Notes under the pieces: model-generated
What the model saw: the letters and a program-made list of their open reading frames with translations, nothing else
What the model was told of the DNA's origin: nothing
The model's database searches: none
Position numbers and translations under genes: made by a program
Source of the DNA: Synechococcus sp.
GTDB lineage: Bacteria; Cyanobacteriota; Cyanobacteriia; PCC-6307; Cyanobiaceae
Direction of reading: 5' to 3'
Assembly: GCA_047284725.1 (NCBI GenBank)
Contig: JBJBEO010000001.1
Location: forward strand, 2,168,203 to 2,232,202
Length of the DNA: 64,000 nucleotides
Shown here: one piece after another, positions 18,953 through 29,762 of the stretch
Numbering within the stretch: position 1 is the stretch's first letter
Layout of the letters: every line of letters begins with the position of its first letter

Positions 18953-20245
18953 TCAGACAAGCGCCGGCACAGTGGAGCCGACCGCATACAGGGGGAAGCG
19001 ACGGCAGAGATCGAGCACCCGCTCCTTGCAACGTGCCTGCATGGCGTCGTCTTCTGGGTTGAGCAGACGATCAGCGATCACATCCGCAACCTCAGTGAAA
19101 GCCTGCGCATCAAAACCGCGTGTGGTGAGGGCAGCGGTGCCGAGGCGCAATCCACTGGTCACAAATGGCGACTCAGGATCGAACGGCACGGTGTTCTTGT
19201 TGGCGGTGATATTCACGTCACTCACCAGCAGATCAGCCACCTTGCCGGTCATACCGATGCCACGCAGATCCAGCAGCACAACATGGTTATCGGTGCCGCC
19301 GCTCACCACATCGATGCCACGGGCCTGAATCTGTTGTGCCAGCGCCTGGGCATTGGCCACCACCTGGCGGCTGTAGCTCTTGAAATCCTCCTGGAGGGCT
19401 TCACCAAAAGCCACGGCCTTGGCAGCGATCACGTGTTCAAGGGGGCCACCCTGCGTGCCTGGGAAAACGGCCTTATCGAAGCGCTTGGCGAACTCTGCAT
19501 CGCGGCAGAGGATCAAACCACCACGGGGACCGCGCAGCGTTTTATGGGTCGTGGTGGTGACCACATCGCAATGGGGAACCGGGCTGGGATGCACACCAGA
19601 GGCGACCAAACCAGCGATATGGGCCATGTCGGCAAGAAGGAAGGCTCCCACCTCATCAGCAATGGCCCGGAAAGCGGCGAAATCAATCGTGCGGGGGTAG
19701 GCGGAGTAACCGCAGATGATCAGCTTGGGCTTGTGTTCCAGGGCCAGCGTGCGGATGGCGTCCATGTCCAGGCGCTGGGTGGCCTGGTCAACGCCGTACT
19801 GCACAACGTTGAACCATTTCCCGCTCACGTTCACAGGAGATCCGTGGGTGAGATGACCACCGTGACTGAGATCCATTCCCATGATCGTGTCGCCTGGCTG
19901 AAGCAATGCCAGGAAGACCGCAAAATTGGCTTGAGCGCCGCTGTGAGGCTGCACGTTGGCCCAGGCCGCGCCGAAAAGCTGCTTGGCCCGCTCGATCGCC
20001 AGCTCTTCGATGGCATCCACGTGTTCGCAGCCGCCGTAGTAGCGCTTATGGGGAAGACCCTCGGCATATTTGTTGGTGAGCACAGACCCCTGGGCCTGCA
20101 TCACAGCGCGGGACGCGAAGTTCTCTGAAGCAATCAGCTCCAGGTGTGTTTCCTGTCGGTTCTGCTCCTGGTCGATCAGAGCCGCGATCGCGGGGTCGGC
20201 ATCCACCAATGGGGCGTTGATCGGTGCTGAAGCGCGGTCTGACAT
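18953..20245 (-). CDS. glyA: Serine hydroxymethyltransferase
   Basis: [44 protein letters not shown]. Confidence 0.97.
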   Translation of the reverse strand: MSDRASAPINAPLVDADPAIAALIDQEQNRQETHLELIASENFASRAVMQAQGSVLTNKYAEGLPHKRYYGGCEHVDAIEELAIERAKQLFGAAWANVQPHSGAQANFAVFLALLQPGDTIMGMDLSHGGHLTHGSPVNVSGKWFNVVQYGVDQATQRLDMDAIRTLALEHKPKLIICGYSAYPRTIDFAAFRAIADEVGAFLLADMAHIAGLVASGVHPSPVPHCDVVTTTTHKTLRGPRGGLILCRDAEFAKRFDKAVFPGTQGGPLEHVIAAKAVAFGEALQEDFKSYSRQVVANAQALAQQIQARGIDVVSGGTDNHVVLLDLRGIGMTGKVADLLVSDVNITANKNTVPFDPESPFVTSGLRLGTAALTTRGFDAQAFTEVADVIADRLLNPEDDAMQARCKERVLDLCRRFPLYAVGSTVPALV

Positions 20246-20303
20246 TGAAGGAGGCCTGCTGTTGACGAATCGTAGGAAATGACTTCCCACCACCCAATCA
20301 GAC

Positions 20304-20329
20304 AAAAAAAAACTGCCCGGGAAGGCAGT
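20304..20329 (-). terminator. Intrinsic terminator downstream of tRNA-Arg
   Basis: Minus strand ACTGCC-TTCCCG-GGCAGT followed by a run of T. Confidence 0.8.
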
Positions 20330-20337
20330 GTTGCAAG

Positions 20338-20411
20338 CGCGCCTGGAGAGATTCGAACTCCCGACCCTCTGATCCGTAGTCAGATGCTCTAATCCGCTGA
20401 GCTACAAGCGC
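20338..20411 (-). tRNA. tRNA-Arg (ACG)
   Basis: GCGCTTGTAGCTCAGCGGATTAGAGCA TCTGA-CT ACG GA-TCAGA GGGTC GGGAG-TTCGAAT-CTCTC CAGGCGCG cloverleaf; CCA not encoded. Confidence 0.96.
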
Positions 20412-20545
20412 TTGGGCCAAACCATCTGACCTCATCGAGGCACCCCTCGTCAACCATCTCGATGATTCCCCCGGGGTTTGCTCATCGCTGCAGGCGAAAG
20501 GCCAAGCCGAGCGCCACAATCAGAAGGCTGTACAGGCCCTGCTCC

Positions 20546-20830
20546 ATGCCAATCCGCTGGTACGGCCCAGCCAATCCCGACGATCCGATTTACCGCCACT
20601 TCAATCGGATCGTGAACGTGACGCTCCACGCCGGCGTGTTCGCCGCCGTGAACAGCGGCCTGTGGTTCGTTCAGGGCATGCGTCATCCCTGGACGCATCT
20701 GAACTGGCTGACGGAAACCTGGCTCGTTCTCCTCCTGGGCCAACTGATCAGAGTGCTGGCGCAGCGCCCCTCCACAGACGAGAGACAAACACCCCTTTCC
20801 CCTTCAGACACCAGCAAACCAACGTCATGA
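20546..20830 (+). CDS. Small 2-TM conserved cyanobacterial protein
   Basis: MPIRWYGPANPDDPIYRHFNRIVNVTLHAGVFAAVNSGLWF...; stop overlaps the next start (ATGA). Confidence 0.7.
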   Translation: MPIRWYGPANPDDPIYRHFNRIVNVTLHAGVFAAVNSGLWFVQGMRHPWTHLNWLTETWLVLLLGQLIRVLAQRPSTDERQTPLSPSDTSKPTS

Positions 20831-21117
20831 GCCTGGATGCCTCCGATCTGCGCGAGCTCACCAACGCAATCAGCGACCGACTGTTCATTCAGGTCGGCGG
20901 ATGGCATCTCTACCTCGGCGACGCGGGCCTCGCCGAGGCACTGGCCATCGAATGCAGTGCCCGTCTTGATCAAGGCGCAACCATCGCAGCACGCAAGGCT
21001 CTCGAGTCGCTGCAAGTCTCCCTGGGTGGAGGCAGCACCAAACTGCCGCTGGCACGCCTGATTCCGTCTGTTCAGCTTCGTGATCTCGAAGAGATGCTCG
21101 AGCAGCACTGCCGATAA
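20827..21117 (+). CDS. DUF3181-family protein
   Basis: ISDRLFIQVGGWHLYLGDA, VSLGGGSTKLPLARLIP. Confidence 0.75.
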   Translation: MSLDASDLRELTNAISDRLFIQVGGWHLYLGDAGLAEALAIECSARLDQGATIAARKALESLQVSLGGGSTKLPLARLIPSVQLRDLEEMLEQHCR

Positions 21118-21141
21118 GGTGCTGCCAACCCTGGAGCTCCC

Positions 21142-21405
21142 GTGCTGATCATCGAGGTCACCAATGCTCGAGAGGTGATGCGGCAACGCATCGGCCGCCT
21201 TGGCGAGCGCCTGATCGGCAAAGTGGTGGATGCCGAGGCTCAGGTGGAGAAGGCCCTGATCCAGGAACTGGAGAACGCCTTCAAGGAATTCGGAATCGAA
21301 GCCCGCATCCTTTCCGTGCAGGGCCCCCAGGTCGTGGGGAAACAGCAGCTGGAGCTTCCGATTCAGGTGAGAGAAGACCGCAACGTCTGTCTCAGCGACG
21401 ACTGA
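21142..21405 (+). CDS. Conserved hypothetical protein
   Basis: 87-aa ORF with GTG start, GGAG RBS upstream and a natural-looking composition (EAQVEKALIQELENAFKEFGIEA). Confidence 0.65.
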   Translation: MLIIEVTNAREVMRQRIGRLGERLIGKVVDAEAQVEKALIQELENAFKEFGIEARILSVQGPQVVGKQQLELPIQVREDRNVCLSDD

Positions 21406-22999
21406 AACGCCTGGTGAGCGTCCTCGTGATCTCTCGCACCTCTTGCACACCCAGGGCCTGGCCAACCGTCGCAAAGACCAGAAGGCCAGACGCCGCCGAT
21501 AGACCCACCTGGAACAGACGTCCGGTCAGATCGAGGGGCCAGGCGATCAGAGTGCTGACCCCCCAAGCGGCAACACCCGAGAGGGCTGCTGCCAGAAGCA
21601 GGCGAAGGCCATCGATTGACCACTGTTGCAGCGGCAGAGCCCGCAACTTCCATTGCAATGCCAGCAGGAGGGCGGTGCAGGTGATCAGATTGATCGCCAC
21701 CGTGGCCAGCACCAATCCCGGCGCACCAAGGTTGAAAGGCAATTGAGGTCCCCAGGGGGTTGGTCCACCCACCAACATCCAATCGAACACCACATTCATG
21801 CCGATCCCGGCCACCGAGAGACGGAAGGGGGTGGTGGCATCGCCAAGCGCGTAGAACACCCTCACCAGCACATCACGACCCAGATAGGCCGGCATTCCAA
21901 CGCCATAGGCCATGAGCAGTCCTGTCACCAACTGCACCGCCTGCGCGTCAAAAGCGCCGCGCTCATAGACGAGAGCCACGATCGGACCACCCAAGGCCAC
22001 GAACAGCGCTCCCAGCGGCAGCATGCTGGCGGTTGAGAGCATCAACCCTTGACGAATCCGTGCGACCAGCGCAGGGCGATCCTCCGGTGCCGTCAGCCTT
22101 GCGAACGTGGGCAAAAGCGGCACCAGCAGGGCATTGGAGATCAGCCCCAGTGGGGTCTGCACCAGCAGGTTGGCGTAGCCGAGACCGGCGGCCGCCCCCA
22201 ACAGCCCTGATGCAAAGAAGAGATCCGTGAAGACGTTGATCTGCAGCATTCCCGACGACAGAGTCGCCGGCCCCATCACCTTCCACACCTCCTGAACACC
22301 AGGATGTCGCCAGTCCCATACGAACTGCAGGCGTGCCAGTCCCTGCTTGATCAGAGCCGGCAATTGCAGCAACCACTGCAACAGTGCGCCCACGAGGGTG
22401 GCGAGCGCCAACACCACTCCACCGCGGATCGCAAACTGCGGCAAAGCGATCGACGTCCCGAGCTGCCACCAGAGCAATCCCACGCCCAGGATCAACGCCA
22501 GGCTTGACATCAAGGGGGAAATGGCCGGAATCCAGAATTCATCAGCGGCATTCAGCGATCCAAAGCCAAGGCCGATCAGCCCCGCCAGCAAAGCCATCGG
22601 CGCCATCACCTGCAGCTGCAGCACCGCGTTGTGATGCAGCTCCGGGCTCAGACCAGGGCCCACAAGGGTGATGAGCGGATCCGCCGCCACGATCAGCACC
22701 AGCGTCGCGAGCAGTAAGCCCGCACTGACCATCGTGTTGAGGCTGGCAAGGATGTGGGCCCCCTCTTCGCGCGGACGACGACTGAGCACACTGACCATGG
22801 CACTGTGAAAAGGCCCGTTGATCCCACCCAGAAGGATCAGCAGAAAACCCGGCAGCACATAGGCGTAGTTGTAGGCGTCATAGGCCGCACCCACACCAAA
22901 AGCTGCGGCGATCACCAACTGCCGCAGCAGGCCCCCCGCTTTGCTGAGCAAGGTGCCATAGGTCACCACCAGAGCGATGCGCTTCAGGGATCTCGCCAT
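21392..22999 (-). CDS. murJ: Lipid II flippase MurJ (MviN)
   Basis: LLSKAGGLLRQLVIAAAFGVG, LGYANLLVQTPLG, LVYERGAFD, VRVFYALGD; many TM segments; start MARSLKR. Confidence 0.93.
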   Translation of the reverse strand: MARSLKRIALVVTYGTLLSKAGGLLRQLVIAAAFGVGAAYDAYNYAYVLPGFLLILLGGINGPFHSAMVSVLSRRPREEGAHILASLNTMVSAGLLLATLVLIVAADPLITLVGPGLSPELHHNAVLQLQVMAPMALLAGLIGLGFGSLNAADEFWIPAISPLMSSLALILGVGLLWWQLGTSIALPQFAIRGGVVLALATLVGALLQWLLQLPALIKQGLARLQFVWDWRHPGVQEVWKVMGPATLSSGMLQINVFTDLFFASGLLGAAAGLGYANLLVQTPLGLISNALLVPLLPTFARLTAPEDRPALVARIRQGLMLSTASMLPLGALFVALGGPIVALVYERGAFDAQAVQLVTGLLMAYGVGMPAYLGRDVLVRVFYALGDATTPFRLSVAGIGMNVVFDWMLVGGPTPWGPQLPFNLGAPGLVLATVAINLITCTALLLALQWKLRALPLQQWSIDGLRLLLAAALSGVAAWGVSTLIAWPLDLTGRLFQVGLSAASGLLVFATVGQALGVQEVREITRTLTRRFSRR

Positions 23000-23113
23000 G
23001 TGGTGGGCGTTTTCAGGAACGGAACTGGCCGGCATTCTCGGCCCAGCACCGCAGAGCGGCATGGCCGAGGGGCCACCATGGCCACCATCTCCCGCACCGG
23101 TTGCTGCGCACCC

Positions 23114-23881
23114 ATGCACGGTCAGTCCCTGCTCCAGTTTGAGCCCCTGCAGGAAGGGGTCCTGCTCAAGCGGTACAAACGCTTCCTCGCCGATGTTCGC
23201 CTGAGCGACGGCACCGAGGTGACAGCCCACTGCGCCAACACAGGGCCCATGACCGGCGTGCTGCAACCGGGGCAGCGGGTGCGATTGCGCCATGCACCTT
23301 CACCCAAGCGCAAGCTGGCCTGGACCTGGGAGCAGGCCGAAGTGCCTGGTACCGATGGTCAGCCCTGCTGGGTGGGCATCAATACCGCGCTGCCAAACCG
23401 TCTGATCCGCGCCGCCATCGAAGCCGGCTGCCTCCAGGAACGGCTCGGCGACATCGGCTCAATCCGAGCCGAAGTCGCCTATGGCAAGAACAAGCGGAGC
23501 CGCATCGACCTGCTGCTCCAACCCGTCGACACAGCCCAGGATCAGCGCCCGATCTACGTGGAGGTGAAAAACACAACCTGGACCGATGGATCGCTGGCGC
23601 TCTTCCCTGACACCGTGACTGAACGCGGGCAGAAGCACCTGCAAGAGCTGATGGATGTGCTTCCTGAAGCCCGGGCTGTGCTGGTGCCCTGCCTGAGCCG
23701 GCCGGATGTCACGGGCTTCGCCCCAGGAGACAGCGCCGATCCACGCTATGGCGAACTGTTCCGTGAAGCGCTGGCGGCTGGCGTCGACGTGGTGCCTTGC
23801 TGCTTCGACTTTGGAATCGATCAGATCCAATGGCGTGGGCTGAGGCCTGTGAAGCTCAACGCGACGCAGGATGCGACCTGA
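23114..23881 (+). CDS. sfsA: DNA/RNA nuclease SfsA
   Basis: KRYKRFLADV, AHCANTGPM, RSRIDLLL, YVEVKN, FPDTVTERGQKHL; alternative start at 23078. Confidence 0.93.
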   Translation: MHGQSLLQFEPLQEGVLLKRYKRFLADVRLSDGTEVTAHCANTGPMTGVLQPGQRVRLRHAPSPKRKLAWTWEQAEVPGTDGQPCWVGINTALPNRLIRAAIEAGCLQERLGDIGSIRAEVAYGKNKRSRIDLLLQPVDTAQDQRPIYVEVKNTTWTDGSLALFPDTVTERGQKHLQELMDVLPEARAVLVPCLSRPDVTGFAPGDSADPRYGELFREALAAGVDVVPCCFDFGIDQIQWRGLRPVKLNATQDAT

Positions 23882-23883
23882 GT

Positions 23884-23948
23884 GCATCAACCGCTACCAA
23901 ACGACGTCCCAGTCCTTAGAGCAGGGTGAATTTGGTATCAACAGGCAC
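23884..23948 (+). promoter_or_regulatory. Two imperfect NtcA-like boxes upstream of amt1
   Basis: GCATCAACCGCTAC (23884-97) and GTATCAACAGGCAC (23935-48), each one mismatch from GTA-N8-TAC; amt1 is a classical NtcA target. Confidence 0.6.
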
Positions 23949-24028
23949 ATGAAAGGTGTTCATGACGATGCACTTTGAATTGGATCGGTGGACATTTCCA
24001 CCGGACTCAGCAGCCCTGCTTCTCTTTC

Positions 24029-25498
24029 ATGACATCTGCTCTGCACTCGCCTGCGGGGGGGGGCAAGCGGCTTCAAGAAGTCAGTCTTCTTGAAGGTCCG
24101 ATGCTTCTCCTGCGCAGCATTCGCGGTTTTCGCACCAATCGCTCGCTCACCTGGCTTGCGTGCGTGCCCGTAGCCCTCCTTGGACTCGGCATCTTCAACC
24201 TTTCGGCTCACGCTGCTGATCTTCCTGATCTCAACGCAGCGTTCCTCGCCAACAACCTGTGGTTGCTGGTGGCAACCATTCTGGTGATCTTCATGAACGC
24301 CGGCTTTGCCATGGTGGAAGCCGGAATGTGTCGCCAGAAGAATGCGGTCAATATTCTGGCCAAGAACCTGTTCGTGTTCGCCCTGGCGGTGACTGCCTAT
24401 TGGTTCATCGGCTTTTCGCTGATGTATGGCAATGCCTTCTGGGAAGGAATCCTTTATTACGGCAAAGGCGGCGCATTCGGCCTGTTCTTCGATCCCGCTG
24501 TCACCCCAGAGATGGTGACGGACGGATCCCTCGTTCCCTCCGTTGATTTCCTGTTCCAGGCTGCTTTCGCCGGAACCGCTGCAACGATCGTTTCCGGCCT
24601 TGTCGCTGAGCGCGTCAAGTTCGGCGAGTTCGTGATCTTCGCTCTGGTGCTCACGGCCTTCATCTACCCCATCTCCGGTTCCTGGCAATGGAACGGAGAC
24701 GGCTGGTTGGCACAACTTGGTTTCATCGACTTCGCTGGTTCTTCCATCGTTCACTCCGTGGGCGCCTGGGCTGGCCTTGTCGGCGCCATGCTGCTCGGCC
24801 CCCGTATCGGCAAGTTCGTCAACGGCAAGCCTCAGGCTATTCCCGGCCACAACATGGGCATCGCCACCCTTGGTGCACTGATCCTCTGGATCGGCTGGTA
24901 CGGCTTCAACCCAGGTTCTGTGCTTGGGATGGACGAAACGGTTGCCTACGTGGCCGTGACCACCACCCTGGCTGCAGCTGGCGGTGCCATCGGTGCCACC
25001 GTGATCTCCACGATCACTTCGGGCAAGCCTGACCTCACCATGATCATCAACGGCATCCTTGCCGGCCTGGTGAGCATCACAGCAGGTTGCGGCAACATGA
25101 CCATGGTTGGCTCCTGGGTGGCTGGCCTGATCGGCGGCATCATCGTGGTGTTCTCGGTCGCAGCCCTTGACAACTCAGGCATCGATGATCCTGTCGGCGC
25201 TTTCTCCGTTCACGGCGTGTGCGGTGTGTGGGGAACGCTGGTTGTTGGCCTGTGGGGCGTTGACGGTGCAACCGGCATCGGCCTGTTCAACGGCGGAGGC
25301 ATCTCTCAGCTCGGCGTCCAGGCTGTCGGCTGCGCGGCCTACGCCATCTGGACCCTGGTGACCTGCTTCATCGCCTGGACGATCATCGGTGCTCTGTTCG
25401 GCGGCATCCGTGTCTCTGAGCAGGAAGAGATCGAAGGTCTCGACATCGGTGAGCACGGCATGGAGGCTTACCCCGATTTCGCCACCACCAACAGCTGA
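24029..25498 (+). CDS. amt1: Ammonium transporter
   Basis: FMNAGFAMVEAG, FQAAFAGTAATIVSG, DFAGSSIVHS, GWYGFNPGS, DDPVGAFSVHG, GLDIGEHG; signal-like N-terminus ending AHA. Confidence 0.96.
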   Translation: MTSALHSPAGGGKRLQEVSLLEGPMLLLRSIRGFRTNRSLTWLACVPVALLGLGIFNLSAHAADLPDLNAAFLANNLWLLVATILVIFMNAGFAMVEAGMCRQKNAVNILAKNLFVFALAVTAYWFIGFSLMYGNAFWEGILYYGKGGAFGLFFDPAVTPEMVTDGSLVPSVDFLFQAAFAGTAATIVSGLVAERVKFGEFVIFALVLTAFIYPISGSWQWNGDGWLAQLGFIDFAGSSIVHSVGAWAGLVGAMLLGPRIGKFVNGKPQAIPGHNMGIATLGALILWIGWYGFNPGSVLGMDETVAYVAVTTTLAAAGGAIGATVISTITSGKPDLTMIINGILAGLVSITAGCGNMTMVGSWVAGLIGGIIVVFSVAALDNSGIDDPVGAFSVHGVCGVWGTLVVGLWGVDGATGIGLFNGGGISQLGVQAVGCAAYAIWTLVTCFIAWTIIGALFGGIRVSEQEEIEGLDIGEHGMEAYPDFATTNS

Positions 25499-25547
25499 CT
25501 GAAGTGTTGGTTGAGAGGGGAACGCATTCAATCTGTTCCCCCTCGTC

Positions 25548-25576
25548 AAAGTCCGGCCTGCTGGCCGGACTTTTTT
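25548..25576 (+). terminator. Intrinsic terminator of amt1
   Basis: AAAGTCCGGCC-TGCT-GGCCGGACTTTTTT; preceded by a second hairpin GGGGAAC/GTTCCCC (25517-25541). Confidence 0.9.
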
Positions 25577-25659
25577 CATAGCCACCCGCCAGTAGCTGGG
25601 ATATCACCACGTCAGCCCGCAAGGGCTGCCCATAGAGTCGTTGCACTGTTTTGGCAGAT

Positions 25660-26856
25660 ATGGATACCCACGCCTTTAAGCGTTCGCTGCACCATTCCGA
25701 TCGCTACAACCGACGCGGCTTCGGCCGGGCCGAAGAAGTGGCCGGCAGCCTGGAGCAGGCCTACCAGAGCAGCCTGATCGGGTCCATCCGGGACAACCAC
25801 TACAGACTCAGTCACGGCAGGCTCAACGTCCGACTGGCAGAGGCCTTCGGCTTCTGCTGGGGGGTTGAACGGGCCGTGGCCATGGCCTACGAAACCCGGA
25901 AGCATTATCCCGAGGAGCGGATCTGGATCACCAATGAAATCATCCACAACCCCTCGGTGAATGATCATCTCCGTGAGATGGATGTGGAATTCATCGCTGT
26001 TGATCAGGGCGTAAAGGATTTCTCCGGCGTTGGATCAGGCGATGTCGTGATCCTGCCTGCCTTCGGCGCCACGGTGCAGGAGATGCAGCTGCTGAATGAA
26101 CGCGGTTGCCACATCGTGGACACCACCTGCCCCTGGGTCTCCAAGGTCTGGACGACGGTGGAAAAGCATAAAAAGCACACCTTCACCTCGATCATTCACG
26201 GCAAGGTGAAGCATGAGGAGACCCTTGCCACGAGCTCCTTTGCCGGCACCTACCTGGTGGTTCTCGATCTCAACGAGGCCCAGATGGTGGCTGATTACAT
26301 CCTGGGTCATGGCAACCGCGAAGGGTTTATGGCTCACTTCGCCAACGCCTGCTCCCAGGGATTCGATCCCGACCGCGACCTTGAGCGTTTAGGCGTGGCG
26401 AACCAGACCACGATGCTCAAGAGCGAAACCGAAGAAATCGGCAGGCTGTTTGAGCGCATGATGCTGACCAAATACGGTCCCAGTGCCCTCAACGAGCATT
26501 TCCTGGCCTTCAACACCATCTGCGATGCCACGCAGGAACGCCAGGACGCCATGTTCTCCCTCGTGGACGAACCCCTCGACCTCATGGTGGTGATTGGCGG
26601 TTACAACTCCTCCAACACCACGCACCTTCAGGAAATTGCCGTCAGCCGCGGCATCCGCTCCTTCCATATCGATACGCCGGAGCGCATCGGCGCCGACAAC
26701 AGCATCGAGCACAAGCCCCTTGGCCAGGAGCTGACCTGCGAGACCGATTTCCTACCCAGTGGTCCTGTGACGGTCGGAATCACCTCCGGAGCTTCAACCC
26801 CCGATCGCGTGGTGGAGCATGTGATCCAGCGACTGATCGCTCTGAGCGAGAGCTGA
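25660..26856 (+). CDS. ispH: 4-hydroxy-3-methylbut-2-enyl diphosphate reductase
   Basis: [51 protein letters not shown]. Confidence 0.96.
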   Translation: MDTHAFKRSLHHSDRYNRRGFGRAEEVAGSLEQAYQSSLIGSIRDNHYRLSHGRLNVRLAEAFGFCWGVERAVAMAYETRKHYPEERIWITNEIIHNPSVNDHLREMDVEFIAVDQGVKDFSGVGSGDVVILPAFGATVQEMQLLNERGCHIVDTTCPWVSKVWTTVEKHKKHTFTSIIHGKVKHEETLATSSFAGTYLVVLDLNEAQMVADYILGHGNREGFMAHFANACSQGFDPDRDLERLGVANQTTMLKSETEEIGRLFERMMLTKYGPSALNEHFLAFNTICDATQERQDAMFSLVDEPLDLMVVIGGYNSSNTTHLQEIAVSRGIRSFHIDTPERIGADNSIEHKPLGQELTCETDFLPSGPVTVGITSGASTPDRVVEHVIQRLIALSES

Positions 26857-26919
26857 GCCCCAGCCGGCTTTACATTGGTCCATATGCGGGGGCCGTCCCC
26901 GGAGAGGGACCACCATTCC

Positions 26920-27573
26920 GTGCTGCTCTTGACGAGACATCCAGCCGAAACCCTGCGCCAAAGTGGTGATCCCCAAGTGCGTTGCTACAGCAGCCACTTC
27001 TCTGATGCCATGGAGATGCTGGCCCCTGTCGAACAGGTGAGTGCATACCTCGATCGCCATGACGGCTGGTTTCGGCGCTGCGCCAAACCGATGGACGTCG
27101 AGGTGCTCGACCCCCAGGCCTATGCCCTCAGTCTTGGTCGCTTCGGCAATTTCGGCTTTGAAGTGGAACCCACCATTGGCCTGCGTCTGCTTCCACAACA
27201 GCAGGGCAGCTACACGATCGCCACGGTGCCTGTTCCAGGCAGCAGCACGAGCATGAATGCCCTCTACGACGTTGACTTCCAGGCGTCTCTTCTCCTCGAA
27301 CAAGGCGCTGATCCAGCCGCTGCCCAGCAGGGACAACGCAGCGATGGGCCCCAGCACAGCACGATGGTGAGCTGGGATCTGGATCTCTCCGTCTGGATCA
27401 AGCTTCCGAAAGTAATCACCATGCTTCCCGACGGACTGGTGCAATCCAGTGGTGATCATCTGCTGCGTCAGATCGTGCGGCAAATCTCGCGGCGGCTCAC
27501 CTGGAAGGTGCAGGAGGATTTCCATGCCACCCACGGTTTGGTGTGCCCCCCACGCAAAAGGGCGGCGTTCTAA
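26920..27573 (+). CDS. DUF1997-family protein (SRPBCC-like)
   Basis: YLDRHDGWFRRCAKPM, GRFGNFGFEVEPTIGL, QISRRLTWKVQEDFH; start uncertain. Confidence 0.75.
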   Translation: MLLLTRHPAETLRQSGDPQVRCYSSHFSDAMEMLAPVEQVSAYLDRHDGWFRRCAKPMDVEVLDPQAYALSLGRFGNFGFEVEPTIGLRLLPQQQGSYTIATVPVPGSSTSMNALYDVDFQASLLLEQGADPAAAQQGQRSDGPQHSTMVSWDLDLSVWIKLPKVITMLPDGLVQSSGDHLLRQIVRQISRRLTWKVQEDFHATHGLVCPPRKRAAF

Positions 27574-27625
27574 ACGCAACGCCGCCCAGAGGAAGCAGAA
27601 GCAAAAGCTTCAGGACATCAGGCCG

Positions 27626-28084
27626 TCAGCGATTGGTCCAGATCTTGTTGACGATCTCCATGCCGCTGACGGCCTGCCAGAGAAACAGCGTCATCGTGCC
27701 CATGTTGAGGCCCACATGCGCCTTGCGAGCAATGAGATTGCCTTGCTGCATCAAGGGGGAGAGTGCAGCTGCCGCAGCGATCATGCCGGTCATGGCAAGG
27801 CCCACCAGCAGATGCGGACCAACAAACAATTTGCCGTTGTTGAGGTAGGTGACCGCCATGCCGCCAAGGGTGCCGAACACCATCAGTGCCAGCAGGCCGC
27901 TACCCCAGAGGTAATGGCGCTGGGCGAACTTGCCAGGGATCAGAGCCTTGCGTTGCTCAGGGGTGCCGGTACGGACTTTCTTAGCCTTAATACCAAGGAA
28001 CATCGCATAGCCACCTGCTGCCAGCAGCGACCACATCATCAGTGGATGAACAAAGTTGAGGCTGAATGGAAGGGTGGCCGGCAT
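27626..28084 (-). CDS. DUF4079-family membrane protein
   Basis: HPLMMW, RHYLWG, NNGKLFVGPHLLVGL, ARKAHVGLN; four TM segments each with a His. Confidence 0.78.
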   Translation of the reverse strand: MPATLPFSLNFVHPLMMWSLLAAGGYAMFLGIKAKKVRTGTPEQRKALIPGKFAQRHYLWGSGLLALMVFGTLGGMAVTYLNNGKLFVGPHLLVGLAMTGMIAAAAALSPLMQQGNLIARKAHVGLNMGTMTLFLWQAVSGMEIVNKIWTNR

Positions 28085-28138
28085 CGAAACAGACGTTGCG
28101 CAGGAGGAGGCTAGAACTGCATCGCCCCCTGCAGTCGT

Positions 28139-29704
28139 TCAGTGCAGGAAATGGCGCCGGCCGGTGAGCATCATCGCCAGCCCCAGCTCATCACAAGCCT
28201 TGATCGAGTCGGCATCTCGCATGCTCCCGCCGGGATGGATCACCGCCGAGATGCCATAGCTCGCGGCAAGGCGCACCGTGTCGTCGAAGGGAAAGAAACC
28301 ATCGCTGGCCAGCACGGCCCCCTTCACCTGATCACCTGCCGCCTCGAGCGCCAGACGGGCGGAACCGACACGGTTCATCTGACCAGCCCCCACCCCGAGA
28401 CTCTGGCCATCCCGCGCCACCACGATCGCGTTGGACCGCACATGACGCACCAATTGCCAAGCGAACTGCAGATCGGCCCGTTCCTGCTCCGAAGGCACTC
28501 GCTGGGTTGCCACCGTCCAGTTGGAAGGATCGATCGGTTGATCATCGAGATCCTGCACCAACAGGCCACCAAGAATGCTTCGCACATGGTCGTGACCTGA
28601 AGCATCAATCGCGAACGCAGGCAATTGGAGCAGCCGCAGATTGGCCTTGGCCGCCAGCAGTTCACGTGCTTCGGCAGAGAAGCCAGGGGCCACGACACAT
28701 TCAAGAAAGAGACCCGTGAGTTCGCGGGCCGCAGCCACATCCACCTCGCCGTTGATGGCGACGATGCCTCCAAAGGCACTGACACGATCGGCATCCAACG
28801 CACGGGTGAGAGCATGAGCCACGCCATCACCAACGGCCACACCGCAGGGATTGGTGTGCTTCACCACCACAGCAGCCGGCTGCTGGGCAGGGTGGCAACC
28901 CTCCGTGCCGAAACCGAATTCCCTCACCGTTGCGAGGGCCGCCTCAAGATCAAGCAGGTTGTTGGTGCTCAACTCCTTGCCCTGAAGCTGCTCGGCACCA
29001 CCCCAACCCTGGCTTGGATGGCTGTACCAACGGGCGCTCTGGTGAGGATTCTCTCCATAACGCAGGGTCTGACGCAGAGGAACAGCTTCAAGCCATGGGG
29101 CCTGATCAACCTCCACTTGCCCGGCCATCCAAGTGCTGATCGCTGTGTCGTAGGCAGCGGTGTGCTGGAACGCCTCCAGGGCAAGCTGTCGGCGCAGATC
29201 AGCAGGCACTCCACCACCACCAGCAGCATCGAGCGCAGTCAGGACCCTCTCGTACTGATCGGGACTCGTGAGAACAGCAACATCAGCGTGATTCTTGGCC
29301 GCAGCACGCACCATGGCAGGACCACCGATGTCGATGTTTTCGATCGCCTTCTCCCAGGTGACATCGGGACGGGCCACCGTTTCCCGGAAGGGATAGAGGT
29401 TCACCACGACCAGATCGATCAAAGGGATCTGCTGCTGTTCAAGGTCTTGGCGGTGGGCAGCATCAGCTCGCTTGGCCAGGATGCCGCCATGCACGCGGGG
29501 GTGCAGCGTTTTGACCCGTCCCCCGAGGATCTCAGGGGCACCGGTGTGCTCCGCCACCTTGGTCACCGGCAAACCAGCGTCCTGCAGGACCTTGGCCGTG
29601 CCACCACTCGACAGCAACTGATAGCCATGCCGGCGATGCAAGGCTTCCGCCAGTGGCACCAAGCCCGTTTTGTCGGAAACGCTCAGCAGGGCGTACGGAG
29701 CCAT
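28139..29704 (-). CDS. purH: Bifunctional AICAR transformylase / IMP cyclohydrolase
   Basis: [55 protein letters not shown]. Confidence 0.97.
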   Translation of the reverse strand: MAPYALLSVSDKTGLVPLAEALHRRHGYQLLSSGGTAKVLQDAGLPVTKVAEHTGAPEILGGRVKTLHPRVHGGILAKRADAAHRQDLEQQQIPLIDLVVVNLYPFRETVARPDVTWEKAIENIDIGGPAMVRAAAKNHADVAVLTSPDQYERVLTALDAAGGGGVPADLRRQLALEAFQHTAAYDTAISTWMAGQVEVDQAPWLEAVPLRQTLRYGENPHQSARWYSHPSQGWGGAEQLQGKELSTNNLLDLEAALATVREFGFGTEGCHPAQQPAAVVVKHTNPCGVAVGDGVAHALTRALDADRVSAFGGIVAINGEVDVAAARELTGLFLECVVAPGFSAEARELLAAKANLRLLQLPAFAIDASGHDHVRSILGGLLVQDLDDQPIDPSNWTVATQRVPSEQERADLQFAWQLVRHVRSNAIVVARDGQSLGVGAGQMNRVGSARLALEAAGDQVKGAVLASDGFFPFDDTVRLAASYGISAVIHPGGSMRDADSIKACDELGLAMMLTGRRHFLH

Positions 29705-29762
29705 GGGATCAAGGCGTAATCAGTCCTGAGCCAACCTACGCAGCAATCCTCCATCCCTTCTG

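Noticed and set aside
20338..20411. tRNA-Arg (and the CAU tRNA) as possible island integration sites
   Set aside because: No integrase, no duplicated tRNA 3' end, and the flanking genes look like core genes.
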